NCBI RefSeq assembly: GCF_006345805.1
Contig: NC_043001.1
Span: 59,706,001-59,770,000 of the forward strand
DNA from: Octopus sinensis
Lineage: Eukaryota
Direction: 5' to 3'
DNA length: 64,000 nucleotides
The notes below the pieces were generated by a model, which saw nothing but the letters and a program-made list of their open reading frames with translations, ran no database searches and had not been told where the DNA came from. Each line of letters opens with the position of its first letter. The stretch's first letter is position 1. This document shows, in pieces, positions 1 to 14,029 of this stretch. The translations under genes and the position numbers were made by a program.

Positions 1-132
1 CATACACTCAAACACACACACTGTGATAACAAAACAAAATCTCAATCAGAATTTCTTGGGCCTGACGTAATAGGTTCCTGTATGAGCCTACGATACTCTT
101 TTAATTGCTTGGGGTAGAATCAAGCTTATATG

Positions 133-208
133 CTAAATTACTAACACAAATTACTACGCAGAAGGCAAAGTAAGACCTTCAGGAAAAACAGATATTCTTA
201 AGTAGAGA

Positions 209-220
<12 letters not shown>
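133..220. repeat. Dispersed repeat end shared with 9345-9432
   Basis: About 88 bp of near-identical sequence (aaattactaacacaaattactacgcagaag...gtagagatagtaacacac) at both loci, ending in (CA)n. Confidence 0.7.
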
Positions 221-289
<69 letters not shown>

Positions 290-331
290 TACACGCACAT
301 GTTATTTAAAGGAGACAATATATGTCTTTAA

Positions 332-386
332 GTACTACCGATAGTTTCATATGCTGAGAAATATCTCAAACATATTCATCAGGTAC
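332..386 (-). ncRNA. Type I hammerhead ribozyme (Penelope-associated)
   Basis: Minus strand reads GTAC-CTGATGA-ATATGTTTGAG/ATATTT/CTCAGCATAT-GAAAC-TATCG-GTA-GTAC. Intact core, about 10-bp stem II with one bulge, GUA triplet, stem I GTAC/GTAC. Lies downstream of a minus-strand Penelope ORF. Confidence 0.8.
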
Positions 387-1224
387 AAACCGCGTATCAT
401 TACGTGCTAAAAGAAATGAATAAGAGAAGAAACGCAATAAAACTGAGAAGGTAACAAAGAGAAAAACGTAGAAGGATAAAAAAGGGAAAACGAAAACCCA
501 AAAACTAAAATGTAAAAAGTAAATAGTAAAAAGTAAAAGAAGTAAAAGTGTTGTCCTCCTTAGACCTTAAATTATCAAGCTGGAAAGATATCAACAAGTA
601 AATCAGGAATAAGCGGAATTTTCCAAACCTTCAAAATATATTTATGCATATGCTTACAACCACTGAAAATTTCAGACCTTTCCTATATATGTGAGCAACG
701 GCGAAATGTGTCTGAGCAGATTACTTTGAAAATAGTCGGATGTTAGAAGACCGGAAGCAAGAGAGGAAGAAAGGAAGTTCCCTATGTGTAAGCGTAACAA
801 GGGCAGTAACTATACGTCGGCGTCCACTTTTAAAGTATGCGTGTATATTGCGACTCTCCGTGTGGTAGCAAGGCATTTAAGTGTATGTGTGTTTCATTGT
901 GGATCGAGTATGTATGCACAAGTATGTAGGAATGTATAGTTTATAAATACTTGTGAATCCGGGAATGTGTAGTTTAGCTAGGTTTGGTCGGCTGTCACAC
1001 GAAGGTGTTATGGAAGGGGTTATAAGACGTGTGATTTTGTATATCATAGTAGTAAGTCTGTGTATTTATCATTGATCATGTGACTGGTGTTTACTTTCGT
1101 GCTCTTGTATGCTACCTTGACATTTCCCGTAAATCGTATCCTTGTGTATGTTGCTACGAATGCGTGTGTACTACGTGATTGTTTCTGTGTGGACTATGTA
1201 ATGAGAAAATCATTTAAGTGCATG

Positions 1225-2373
1225 CAAGAGAGTTGGCTTGAAAAGTTCATGGGTTCACTATGAAGGAGTGACGCTAGGGCTGTGAAAACTTGCATGCATT
1301 TATTTCAACTCTCCTTATTAATAATTCCGTTGTTTCTTTCCAGATAAGCTGACTTTTAACTGTTCAAATAAGATTTCAGATTTAACTAGTAGAGACTTCT
1401 CTTGAAAATGGACAAAACCTGGCAGTGTCGTTTTAAAAACTACCTGCAGAAAAAGGGTTAACCACAAATGTTATTCATATAGACGTAGTTGCTACATTAG
1501 TGTATGACGCTCCAGCTTTATCAACAAAGAGAAAGCGGTCAGCTGAGTGTATGAGGGGAAGAGGCAGTCTTGAAGATGACCCAACGTTTCTACTGTCACC
1601 ACCGAGGCAAACATTGCTTGTGCTCACCACATGGGTATGGATGACAGGCTTTTGACCACAAATCGAATAGCGAATGGTATTAGCATATGGAATGAGAGAG
1701 TTGGGAATATTCTGCATAACAAACTTGTTTCGACGAAAGATTCTGGTCAGTCAGTGTCACATCTTCTGGCACCCGATGAAAAGCACACCAGGCTGGTGTC
1801 ATCACAGGAGAATTTGGTGTTTGAGGCAATTCCAGCTGGTTTCCTTGAACGTTTCCAAAGCCAGGATGAGCATTGGGTTCATCATTTGAGCCAGAGACAA
1901 AGAGACAATTCATTCAGTAGAAACGCCCCTCACCTCCTCCAAAGAAAGCCAAGGTCATTTCAACTGCAGGGATGGTGATGACCTCAGTTTTAGGGGATGC
2001 AAAAGGCATTGTTCAATTACTAACATCGAAAGAACATGGAGAATATTATGCCAACTTACTGAGTCAGTTACGAAAGATTATCGTAATGAAACGTCAAAGA
2101 AACAGATGTCTTGTTTCATCAGGTCAATGCTCAAGCACACAAGTCTTTGGTTTCAATAGCTGTTACGGCATTGAACTGGTTGGTCACCTTCCCTGTTCTC
2201 CTGATTTCGCCCCATCTATCTTTCACCTTGAAAAACACTTGGCCAGGAACCAATATCGCAAAGATGATGACGTAATATCTACTGTTGATTACATTTTTTG
2301 CAAAATAAAACCCATTTAGGCAAATTCTACGACAGTATCTTGGTGAGCCTATGAAATTTTCATCCGACTCTTG
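1225..2373 (+). mobile_element. Degenerate mariner transposon
   Basis: Imperfect TIRs (caagagagttggcttgaaaagttcatgggttcac / ggtgagcctatgaaattttcatccgactcttg followed by TA). Transposase remnants MDKTW (ATG 1408), QDEHWVHH and HLPCSPDFAPS. Confidence 0.85.
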
Positions 2374-2418
2374 TATGTTAGTGAACAGCTTTTATACATT
2401 GCATATTTTATTATGATG

Positions 2419-2460
<42 letters not shown>

Positions 2461-5400
2461 GTGCGCGCGCGCGGTAAATCTTAGTTGTGCGTGTATTTTT
2501 AATTTTTTTGGCGAAGTGTGAAGATATTTTAACAGTTTCATGATTGTGCATACATGTATGATATTAACATGTGGTTATGAATGTTTTTGATGTTCTTGCT
2601 ATCATGTTGTGGTATTTGCTGTGTTGTTGAGTGTGGACATGCATTTTAGCATGTATTATCGTAGGACTGTTGTAGAATTGCGTGTCTTTTAGCATAAGTA
2701 ACTCGTTTTAAAGTACTGTTTGAGTTCTACTAATGAATCTATGAAGGGAGTTGTGAAAGGGATATATAGTGCACGGATGTAAAAATGTACATTTATGCCG
2801 TGAGAATGAAGGACAAAAATGCTGTTATTCTACATGTAGGTATATTTCCTTCTATGTATAGATTTTGTACTGTGGTTTTGGATGTGCATATATTTATATA
2901 AAAAATTTCGTGAATGTAAGGGGTTAAAGAAAAAAGAATTTTCCTTTATCTGTATAAGCAAGTGAATTTCGCGGAATCACTGAGTAGAATTAAATGGAAC
3001 AGCGATGTGCCTATTGGAGAACGATTGAGCCAAACAAACATCGCCCAGTTTGACCACATACGTAAAATTAATGAAATTTGAATGATATGAAGTTGTTGGT
3101 TTTTCAAAGAGAAGAGACAAGTGAGCTTGTAAGGAGTAAGAGAAAGGAAATGATCCATGTTGCAGAAGATGGTAGTAAAGAAACTATGGATGAAGAAGTT
3201 GTGTGTATTATGAGCATGCTTTAGAAAGAAGTGTGTTGTGTTGGTGAAGATTTGGAAGTGTTTCTAGATGATTCAGAATGTACATGTGTGTGGGTGTGAT
3301 GGGGTGTTGACTGGATGAGAAGTATGAAACGGTAGTATGTGAAAGGGAAAGAAAGGTAATTGTGTGCAGGGTAGACGTGGGAATGTCGATTTCATGGATG
3401 GAGTTGAGAGCAGCTAGGAATAGAGTTGGGGTATTTACATAGTGTGAAGTTTTCGATCTTGTGTTGAGATTGTTTCACAAAATCATGGTCAGTGCTGCAT
3501 ATTAGGTGACGTTCAAGGTATTGAGAGTAAAATTGGAGTGTTAGGTATGGACTGAGTTGTAGGAAGAGAATTTGAGGTAGAACGGAGAATCATTAGATGC
3601 GTAAAATATGGAGGTGGTGACGGGATGGAAGGGATGACCGATAGCATCAGAGACGTCAGGAAAGTTAACTGTCTTGTCAGAAATGGAATAGTTCAAGTAG
3701 GGTAAACAAGTCAACGAAAGCCTTCAAGGTATCGAATCATTAAATGGAAGATAACGCGGTCTCTCCTAATTTATAGGCTCTATTCATCGTCCATATAGTC
3801 CATGGGTGAATCAGGCAACTCTGAGATGATCTACTCCACAGTATAGCCAAAGAATATTTAAGCGTAGCAGTGTCCATTTTGGTCTTTTATACCCACCTCC
3901 AAGATATACTAATAAAGTCTTCTATGAACGAGAAGCAGTCTAGAATGAGGGTAATTTTGGATAAATGGTAGAGAGCGGGTAGATGCTAAGTTGTAAGGTA
4001 GTGAGACTTCATAAAATATTGTAATGCAAACAGACAGTTACTGTGATGCATAACGGTGAACAACATCTGTGAGCATCCAAAACGTCACGAATGTTGTTGG
4101 GAAGGAGAAACCAACTAGGTTTGAGAGTTTGAGATCGAAACACTTGGGCAGTATATGTCATAGATGATTAGGTGGGCGAGGTGATTAACATATTTGCGAA
4201 CTTGAAGGAGGAAGAATATGGTTGGATGCATTAAGGTTGGTGGCATTCGAGAACGTAGGAGATGAATTGATGGACGGTTGAGGACATTGTGTTTCGATAA
4301 TGTGGAGCAGGTTCAGTAGAGATAACATGCAGGGTCTTGACATTGTCGGATCTCGCTTGCATTGTAGGACACAGTGCGTCACATGACCACATTTACATCT
4401 TTGTCAGCCGGTTTCGTGATGACATCATCGTGGCAATGGCTTCTTAGTGAATATACAGAGTTCGGCTTCATGTTGTTAAGTGTTAGTGATCGCTTCCGGA
4501 TGTTGACAAGTTTTAATTTGCTGGAGTAAATTATGAATGGCAAAGGACTGTGAATGAAACAAATTAGGATGTGGAGTGGACGTGTAGTCTGAAGCCAGAA
4601 AGAATGAGATGGTAGGGAAATAAACGGCTGAGAAAACTCCTGTAGCTGAGGAAGAGGATTATTCTAAACAAGAACTGATAGTCGTATAAATATGATTGTA
4701 TGCCCCTGGGGAAAAAGGGCGAGGAATTGCATTTGGCGAGTGGGAAGTGAAGAGTTGTTGGTGAAATACACAGAGAGGAATTAAGAATTAGGATTGTGGT
4801 AAAAAGTTGCGTTTTAAACGAATTGACTATTGAATGAAATCCCACGGTGATGCAGGAGAATAAACAACAGGCGGCACAGCATCTGATGCACCACGCTTAA
4901 ATTACTCCCTTGGAGAATGTAGAAGTTAATATATTCCATCAATCCTTCTTTATTTTCTTGAAGTTCAAACTGACCTCAGTAATTGCGACGATGAAATAAT
5001 CACGTCAGTTAATTGCTCTAATTGCGTTAAAGTTAAGAGAATGAATGAAATTTTAATAACACAAAACTTGAAAAGCCTCAATTTTCCAATCAAGTTTTCT
5101 TCCCTATTCATCAAAGTTCCTAATACTTTCGTTATCTTAACTAAACATTATGTGAGTGGATCTTCTTGGTGTATAAAGCTACGTTGCATAATTCCAAGCA
5201 GTTTCGTTTTTCAGTTTACTGGAAGAAACGGTATTCATAGAGTCCTGTCTAAATCTTCCAGGGATGTCATTTGTCATGCTTTAATTAGGTTCAGATTGGA
5301 TGAGCGTTTATATCTTCATTGACATCAGTGGTAAATCCATCAATAAATTACAACGTTTTCAGATTATTGCAATCTATCATATATCATATAGTGTGAGGGG

Positions 5401-6188
5401 TTTGGCTAAGTTGATAGAGTAATAATTAAAATTCTAATAATGACTTATACCGTCACAGGGTGCTTTCAATGTTATTTCCAAAAGCCTTCGTCTTGACATT
5501 TCGTCTGAACTACTTGCACACATTACGCCATTCCATATTACGAAATAGGCTGACAGGATCACATTTTTATATAATAAATCACTTAACGACTATGCCGATT
5601 AGAACACTTAAATGAACACACACGCAGCTATTCAATTATTTCAATTATTTGGCATGGAGAAGCAATCGCACCAGCCACTCTTCCTTGAAATGATTAAAAT
5701 TTCTAGCTTGTTTTTGCACATTATTAAAATACTGTATACTGCTTTCAATGCGTGTCTGAACGTTTGATATTCTCAAGAATACTTTATTCGCCCTACAAGA
5801 ATACTTGGATGATAATATGTATCACAACATTATTGCATATTGCTTTCTAGAATTCGTTTGAATTAGCTAGCTCACTTGAATTTTTTTCATTTCCATTGAA
5901 TATGCATGTCACAGCTTGTGATCCACGTTTAACTGAGATAATGATGTAGTTAAGATGAATAAAGGAGGAGTCAGAAAACTTATAAGAATATCTATTAAAA
6001 CACATACGAACCATATATTTAGCTTTGTGCCCAGGTATTTCTTTATGTGCACCAATGTGACATGTATCTGTATCCCTACATTGATATATCCATACATGAT
6101 TCAAATGCTATAAATTATTAAATAATTAAGTATGTAAGTAAAAGGCGCTTGTGTTTATTTTTTGAGATGTTTTTTTTAAATAAATGAA

Positions 6189-6247
<59 letters not shown>

Positions 6248-6849
6248 CACACACACACATACACACAAGAAGTTCAAAAGGTCAACTTGTTCTCATTAAT
6301 CTGTAAGTGCTGAGAGAAGAAAAGAAAATACTTTAAATAAATATATTAAAATACCGATTTTTCTGCGATCAAAATTTCTTCAAGCTGGTCCCCCGGCTTG
6401 GTTGCAGTCCAATGATTGAAACAAGTAAAAAGATTTTCAGAAAATATATAAAAAAACGGTGGGTTTGATTATTAAAAATTTCAAGAGATTTGGCTGTTAT
6501 TTCTAGTATGTGGAGATACTTTCTAAGCTTAACTTCATGCGCTGGTTGAAAATCATTAAAAAATATTCTGGGGTCATTACATTCCACAAAAAATTCTTCA
6601 AGGTGATGTCCCTGCGTGACCGCAGTCTAATAACTGCAACAAGTATAAAGGAAAAAATATTCTGGGGTCGATACGTTCGACTAAAATTTCTTCAAGGCGG
6701 TGCTCCAGCATGGCCTCGGTTTCTGATGAAAAAACGAAAACAATAATCGAAAAATATAATCGTGGGGCTTTTCTCCTTGGGGACTTTTGTCCTACACTCC
6801 AATTAACCACGCACTATAGGTATCTAGCTGGGTCAGAAACAAATGATTA

Positions 6850-7247
6850 TATATTAGTTTCAAATTTTGACACAAAGCCAACAATTTCGGGAGAGAGGTA
6901 AGTTAATTACATCGACCAGTGTTCAAGTGGTACTTATTTTATCGACTCCGAAAAGATGAAATGCAAAGTCGAACTCAGCATAATTTAAACTCAGAACAGA
7001 AAGGCGGACGAAATACCTATTTCTTTACTGCCCACAAGGGGCTAAACACATAGAAGACAAACAAGGACAGACAAACGGATTAAGTCGATTATATCGACCC
7101 CAATGCGTAACTAGTACTTAATTTATCGACCCCGAAAGGATGAAAAGCAAAGTCGACCTGACGGAATTTGAACTCAGAACGTAACGGCAGACGAAATACT
7201 GCTAAACATTTCGCCCGGCGTGCTAACGATTCTGCCAGCTCGCCGCC
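6850..7247 (-). mobile_element. tRNA-derived SINE (OK-like family), dimeric
   Basis: Head ggcggcgagctggcagaatcgttagc, B-box-like gagttcaaattcc, body gtcgactttg..tttcatcctttcggggtcgataaa. A second body starts after aaagaaatag. Confidence 0.85.
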
Positions 7248-7354
7248 TTACAGATGATAACTATATAGACTGTAGCATGATGTAGCGGTAACATGAATAA
7301 AAGAACATACAAAAACACAAAATACTTGTTTATGTGAGTTTGGGTGCACGTGCG

Positions 7355-7355
7355 C

Positions 7356-7410
<55 letters not shown>

Positions 7411-7496
7411 GAGAGAGAAATACAGACAGAAAGACAGAGAAAGAGAGAGAGAGGCAGAGAGACAGAGAAAGAGAAAGAGAGAAATAGATAAAGGGT

Positions 7497-7540
<44 letters not shown>

Positions 7541-7667
7541 TCAGGTAATAGATAGGAGCGGAAAGAGAAATATTTGGTTTCATAGGACCAATTTGTATGA
7601 AGTAGTTAAGACGATATAAAAGACTAAACTTCAGACTATGTAAGTGATAGATAGATAGAGAGAAAGA

Positions 7668-7712
<45 letters not shown>
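7355..7712. repeat. (GA)n microsatellites
   Basis: Visible AG/GA runs. Confidence 0.9.
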
Positions 7713-7713
<1 letters not shown>

Positions 7714-8344
7714 TGTAAAAATTCGAGAAATGGAGATGGTATAAGGAGTGATATTTAAAAACAATCTGTAAATTATTTAAGATTCTCGTCACAAAGAGAA
7801 CGTTAAACTGGTTTCTCATTATAAGGCGGCAGTCAGTAGCAAAGAAGACAGAAATCGTGGCAAAATCAACGGAAAGGTGTGTGTCAGCACGAACGTGAGA
7901 GACGGAGGGAAAACGAGAGTGACAGAGACAAAAGAAATCTAAAGAAAAGCTTGCTTGCCATTGACAGCCAGGCATATAATCACAATTAAGAAGAAAGAAA
8001 GAATGAAGCAGATAGATAAAAGTTAATGTCATTGCAAGCGAACGAAGCCCTTGTGAATTAGAAGATATAAATGCCTTATTTGGGAGGTCCACTTGAAAGC
8101 CTAAAATGTTACAAAAATAGCAGTATAGCTCGATTTTTAATAGTTGTAAGCTGCGTTCTTCACACACACACACACACACACGTACGCACGCACACGCACA
8201 CAACCACTATAGCCATGCACATGTCTAACACAGATAAACTGAACACAAAACGCTGATCGAGTTGATAATGAATAGCAAGATTTACTACTGTTGGTGTGGA
8301 AGGAGATACATTTTCATTAAGCGTAGAGCCAATTAGATTTCATA

Positions 8345-8427
8345 ACAACTACTACTATTACTACGACTACTACTATCACCAAGCCCATCAGTATCGCCAC
8401 CACCTCCACCACCTCCACCACCACCAT

Positions 8428-8512
<85 letters not shown>

Positions 8513-8647
8513 TTCTGCATTTTGAAATTAAATTTTCAGGTACTACCAGTACTACTGCTGCGCCTGCTGCTGCAGCTACGACTGCGGCAGCAGCTAGTGT
8601 TGCTGCTGCTAGCAGCAGTTTTCTATATTTTAAAATTAAATCATCAC

Positions 8648-8688
<41 letters not shown>

Positions 8689-8689
8689 G

Positions 8690-8760
<71 letters not shown>

Positions 8761-8782
8761 GCTACTGCTACTGCTGCTGCTG
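8345..8782. repeat. Compound trinucleotide repeats (TAC)n/(TGC)n/(CAC)n
   Basis: Visible. Explains the poly-Y/C/T ORFs. Confidence 0.95.
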
Positions 8783-9739
8783 ATGATGCTATTTTTCGTC
8801 TTTTTCGTTATTCTCTTTCTATTGTAATTTTCATTCATTTTAAAATCCATTTCATCTATTTGTGAATGGTACTCATTTTTTTTGTTTTTATTTCATATTA
8901 GTATTACCGGTTCACTTTACTACGAACGATATTTTTACCTTTATTCTACTTTATATTTTCGCTCTTTTTATTACACACTCTCTTTTTCACAAAGCTCTTC
9001 TTTTTATTTTAGGGTACCAGTAAACAGGCACATTCAGAACTCTCTCATGTAGGCGTATACAAGACATTGCCTTTCGGTATATATTCGAAATCTTTCCCTA
9101 TCTGGAGTCTGAATTCACATATAACACATATGTCAAAAAGTCGTCAAACTTCGTGGCCGATAAATAAACTACCAGTCGGGAGCGTCCTATTGGCAGAATT
9201 GTTATAGTGTCGGACGAAATAAATTGCGTGGTTGTTCAGGCCATCATAGTTTGAAACTGTGTTTGTTAGACTTAATCAATTACACGGTTTATCAGCGGTT
9301 TAGTACCTTGGGTGCTTTTAGAAGGGTACATACTGATATCTTGCCTAAATTAATAACACAAATTAGTACGCAGAAGCAAAGTAAGACCTTCAGGAACAAC
9401 AGACATTCCTAAGTAGAGATAGTAACACACACTCCCCCAATGTTAAATGCCATGAAAATATAGAAATTAATGGAGGAAATACAAAAATAAATGAGAATAT
9501 AATATTTTCCAACTCCTTGAAATATATATTCGTTGAAGAGAAACTGTTGTTGTTTCTCCTTCATAATTAGACGCTGCAAGGAAATAAATGCAAGAAGGAA
9601 GAGCACTCCAACACGTCCAAAGACATATACACACACAGACACACCTATAAATGAGTGTATATGAAAATGTTTGAATGTATGTGTGCATATACATACATAA
9701 AACAAACACATATACAGCGAAAGAAAATGGAATTCACGA

Positions 9740-10330
9740 GACTTTATCAGAACTACTACGCTTGTTTCGACCCATTATACATCGGTGCCTTGCGGGTTTG
9801 ATGCTGTACAAGAAATTGTGATGCATCGTAGGTGCAGATCGTTTCTCCAGGTGACTTTTCAAAAAACAGCTCGTTTTTTATTTGCTGTTTCGCTTATTTC
9901 TATAATAATAAATTTTGGTAAGTGTAGCGTGCTATGTTTCTCCATAATGAAATTAAGTATAGTGAAAAAGAATTATATGAAAATAATTCTTCATTATATC
10001 TCAGTTAAATAATGCTGAATATTTCTGTTTCTTGGGTTGTGTGTTGCAATTTAAAGATAAAGATTTGTGTGATTTTTAACACTTTTTGGATTTTCGTAAT
10101 TCTTCAATGACCATTGCTTTGGTGTGTTCTACTGTTCTACTTCATTCTCTATTGGAGTAGGCAGGTGTTTCCTTGCAAGTACAGCCTGTTTAAATTCAAT
10201 GAGTCTTTTATTATGAACATCTAGATTGGAGACAATTCTTCGGATTCTTCTAGCTAGTTTAAATTGACGACAATTCGTAGCCTACAATATAGGAAACTGT
10301 GAATAAAGCATTTACTTACACGGCAAATAG
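9740..10330 (-). mobile_element. Penelope-like fragment (RT thumb region + tail)
   Basis: Minus translation from about 10257 is LARRIRRIVSNLDVHNKRLIEFKQAVLARKHLP, matching NIPFNLARRFCTIVS in the copy at 30490. Confidence 0.65.
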
Positions 10331-10641
10331 TCGCTCGGATGAATCTAGTTTGCATAAATGAGGGGTATCTCAACCCTACACGTGGCTTGGTGTGAAGCAA
10401 CAATCACTGAAGATACTCCAAAAGTCAAAGTGAACATGGAGTTCTCGTTGAATGCTGTTAAGTCGATATTTATTCTCTCTTCGATATTTATTGGCTTTAA
10501 CCACAGCCCATCCATGAGAAATATTATCACAGTACGATTAGCTCAATAGCTGAACTATCAGGGTGTATACATTTTAATTACACAGCTAATTAAATTACAG
10601 ACAGGCGGCAACTCACAATTTCAATAAATGTTTTATTTCGC

Positions 10642-11023
10642 ACTAGCAGTATCACCCGGTGTTGCCTGGGTTTGTTTCAACCCTTTAGAATTGGAATTTT
10701 TGAAAAGTAAAAACGTTTGCATTATGCAACTTGTTATTCTCTTCAAGTGAACGTTTTTCCAGTTGAAATACACCGAAAAATGGTGACACAGCAGTCAAAA
10801 TTCGTAAAAAATAGGGATTTTCATAGAAAAAAAGCACCTTTTTTATGTAAAGAATTTTTGGTGCTAACATGGCCCGATTTGAATTTTATATTCTACAGAA
10901 TGAAGAGCAAGCCTTCTTCTATCATAATCTCAATTTTGGTCAACTTGCGCTGCAGGGTCTCGAAGGAGATAGTGTTAGTTGAAGGCTACCAAACCTGCCA
11001 TACACAGCTTTATATATATAGAT
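10642..11023 (+). mobile_element. Helentron/DINE-like non-autonomous element
   Basis: Starts actagcagtatcacccggtgttgcctggg (subterminal palindrome) and ends tatatatatagat. Similar 3' ends occur near 11114, 11694 and 14397. Confidence 0.55.
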
Positions 11024-11912
11024 TTGCTACACACTACTTTCCATCCTTAATAATGAAACTTGGTAGATCCAAAAGTTAAACACACACACACAAGTTGAGT
11101 TTTATATATATAGATTTCTCAACGGGGATTTCAGGGGAGAGTTTCAGGGAGTCGTTGGCGATGTATCGTGATGATCAAAAATCCGGCCTGCTAAAATTTG
11201 GTTAAAGTGATTCAAACTGCAGACTCAACGCAAAATGGTCACATTTAATTCAAAGCGTTAAAAATGTTATGAAAACAATTGGTATGTGTTCACAAAGTCC
11301 AAATGATTAATGCGAAAAAACCCTCCAGGCTACATCCCGAAAATTCATTTCTTTGCCGAATTTCTACAATGTTTACGGTGATTCGTTTTTATATCTTGAT
11401 TTTTTATTTTTCATGCAATTTACGCATGCTTGCACGCGTGGTGAACACAGTTCACGTCAAACAGCTGACTGAGTAAAGTTCACTATTCAATGCATGGGAT
11501 AAGGCCTAAACAAACACATTATCGATTTTTGCACTTGCGAGATGAATTTCGGAACAGAAATAGCGCAGTTCAATATACATTCGCCTAAACTTCAAGTGAC
11601 CCATCTTTGGTGGTTCTACGATTTGTTGAATAGGAGGAGATGTGCCGGGAAGTTAAACACACAGACACACAAGTTGAGTTTTATATATATAGATTTCCTA
11701 AATCCTAGGTCACAAATTCTTGCTCAGGCATATAGATGGCTGCAAATGCGTTTTTAGTGAGACCCGAAAACGGTGGAGACACATCTGGTTTTCAAACTGC
11801 CTGTTGCTATGTCGATATTTCAAATTCCTCCGAAATTTACTGAGATTTTGATACAGCAGGACATTAAAAGATACTGTCTAAACCGATTAGCTCAGTTACT
11901 GGCCGGGCAACG

Positions 11913-11944
<32 letters not shown>

Positions 11945-11948
<4 letters not shown>

Positions 11949-12153
11949 TTAATCCAAACATGAAAACACAAAGAGAAAACACAACAACGCGAGGACGTGG
12001 AACAAGTATAGTATTATTGGACGCTCAGGAAAGAAGGAAAGAAGGAGAGTTTAACGTTTAGAACGGAGTTCTTCGTCAGAAACATAGGAAAAGGAATGAT
12101 TCAAAGAAGGGAAGACGGAGGGAAAAAATTGCCAACGGTACACACGCGGTGAC

Positions 12154-12155
<2 letters not shown>
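11945..12155 (-). mobile_element. Short Penelope-type terminal-repeat remnant with a defective HHR (12049-12083)
   Basis: Minus: GTTT-CTGACGA-A-GAAC/TCC/GTTC-TAA-ACGT-T-AAAC. HHR topology is complete but G12 is T. Bounded by microsatellites. Confidence 0.6.
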
Positions 12156-12236
<81 letters not shown>

Positions 12237-12669
12237 ATGTATGTATGAATGTATGTTTGTATGTATGTATGTGTGTATGTATGTATGTATATAGATATTT
12301 TGTTTCGAATTTGTGTGAATATGTCTAGAATAATATATCAATTGAATAAAGTTAAGACGATGTGGTTTTCACGTTTTTTATTTTGCTGTTATAACATTAA
12401 AAATATTACGTAATGTACATAAAGTTAAATTGGTGCTTTCTTACATAGAGTAATCATCAGAGTTCAAAGTTTTTAACTAACAGTCAGTTCTTGACATTTG
12501 TAGTATCTCTCCAAGAAGCTGAATTTTTAGGATATTCTTTTGACCAATCCGCATGTAGCTTCAACATCACGGTTTACCAGGCGTACAAATATTACGTAAT
12601 TTGTTTATATTCATATGTTACAGATATTCTTCAATCCACAACATTAAATATTTGTTATATTATTGTTGT

Positions 12670-13200
12670 TAATTCCGTTCAGAACAGGTTTGAACATTTT
12701 AATAAACCGTTTCTCTTTTATTTTTCTTCTAACATCACTTGTCTCATGTAGTTTGTGGAAAGGAAAAATCAGAAACATCTTCTGACCACGTCTCTATATG
12801 TTCGCTCAATGGAATTCAGCGAACATTGGTGCTCCGGATTTGTAGTCTGTGGACTCGTGAGCGTTCCGATAATACATTCCCTGTCTTTCCTATATATATT
12901 TCTTCGCAATTTGGACATTTAATGCAGTAGATCAAATTTCTGCTTTTGCAGTTCATATATGCATTTGCGAAAATCTGTCCATTTTTTGTTCTAATGGACC
13001 TGCCAGCATGCATGTATTGGCACGTTCCACATCTGTTATCATTACATTTGGATGCTGTGAATGTTGTTTGTTCATGTTGAATTTTTTGTTAAGTTTCTTT
13101 AGGTTATGTGGTTGCTTTTTCTTAAGATAAGTGTTTGATTATTCATTATGTTTTTCGTAATTTTTCTCTTTGTTGTATGATTGGCAAATTCATTTTAAAA
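12670..13200 (-). mobile_element. Penelope-like GIY-YIG endonuclease fragment
   Basis: CKSRNLIYCIKCPNCEEIYIGKTGNVLSERSRVH (ORF 12816-13013) and C-terminal FKPVLN. Confidence 0.85.
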
Positions 13201-13218
13201 TTGTTTTGGTGATGCGGA

Positions 13219-13828
13219 TTGTTTTGCATGAGACAAGAAACAAAAATGAAGCATGCTCTGCAGAAACCAGTTGACGGAAAACCGAAGAAACGAGCATCAA
13301 TAAATCCTGAATCAGCTGGGCAGAAACAACTTCAGGATTTCGTTACAGCCAACACAAAAAGATTCTTCGAAATCCTAGAGGTACCTTGCACTTTTCTTGA
13401 AAAAGATGCTGAAGAATGGAACGATGATGAAAGTTATGCGAATGCTAGAGATATCGCATATGGACTCAAAGAGGTAAACGACATTGTGGAAAGATGTGTA
13501 CGACTTCTGGAAGAATATAACAAACTGATAAATAATGATGAACAGCAGAAGCAATACATTCTTCAAATTGATAAAAGTTACAAGTCATCACTCACAAAAA
13601 CAAGAAAACATAACTCTTGCTTCACAAATAAAAAATAAACTCCCACATAAAGAAAAGTTAACACACTATACGCTGTACCTCAGTACGTACTATAGCCTAG
13701 TATGCCATCGTTTTGTTTTTTCAAACTAGGTTAACCAGGTACATATCAAACCGGTTCCGGCGAAAATATCAACAAAACAATATGAAATTGAAAAAATAAA
13801 TTTTTAATTCCTTTTTTGCATTACCCTA
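13219..13828 (+). mobile_element. DDE transposase C-terminal fragment, probably hAT-like (hATm type)
   Basis: LQDFVTANTKRFFEIL...FLEKD...W...Y...LKEVNDIVERCV...DEQQKQYILQ. The region ends in CCCTA. Superfamily assignment is from motif recall only. Confidence 0.55.
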
Positions 13829-14029
13829 ATATATACGAGCAAAACGCCCCCGTCCAATGGACGGTGCTGAGTTGTCAAACAATGAAACCAAATTTTCTCA
13901 AAACAACTTGTCCGACGGTCCCATAGGCCTCCCCTTTGAGAAACACTGATTTAACCTAAATTTAAGATACCAGCAAAAGAAGAAATAAAGATAGACTTTT
14001 TTTCTATTCCAAAGAAACCAAATAGTCTT

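Larger units (their letters stand above)
330..4860 (-). mobile_element. Decayed Penelope-like retroelement (RT + GIY-YIG + 3' tail), interrupted by a mariner
   Basis: Minus-strand remnants: ITKPADK (4400-4420), DYMDDE (3783-3800), and a YVGQTGR-like GIY-YIG motif with a 1-nt deletion (about 3040-3060). Many stops and frameshifts. Boundaries approximate; including 400-2900 as tail is inference. Confidence 0.7.

Noticed and set aside
8296-8865. Long ORFs with poly-Y/C/T/L/V/S runs (also the YI-, CV-, LPTY-type ORFs elsewhere)
   Set aside because: Translations of microsatellites that lack stop codons.
9750-9800. GAAACAAGCGTA half-motif next to a Penelope fragment
   Set aside because: No intact CUGANGA at a suitable distance.
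12431-12465. HHR-like CTGATGA-TTAC/GTAA-GAAA on the minus strand
   Set aside because: Stem III, triplet and stem I do not pair. At most a decayed remnant downstream of the GIY-YIG fragment.
11111-13948. Possible hAT-MITE ends (tttctcaacgggg / cccctttgagaaacactg) enclosing nested insertions
   Set aside because: The left end is degenerate and no 8-bp TSD was found.
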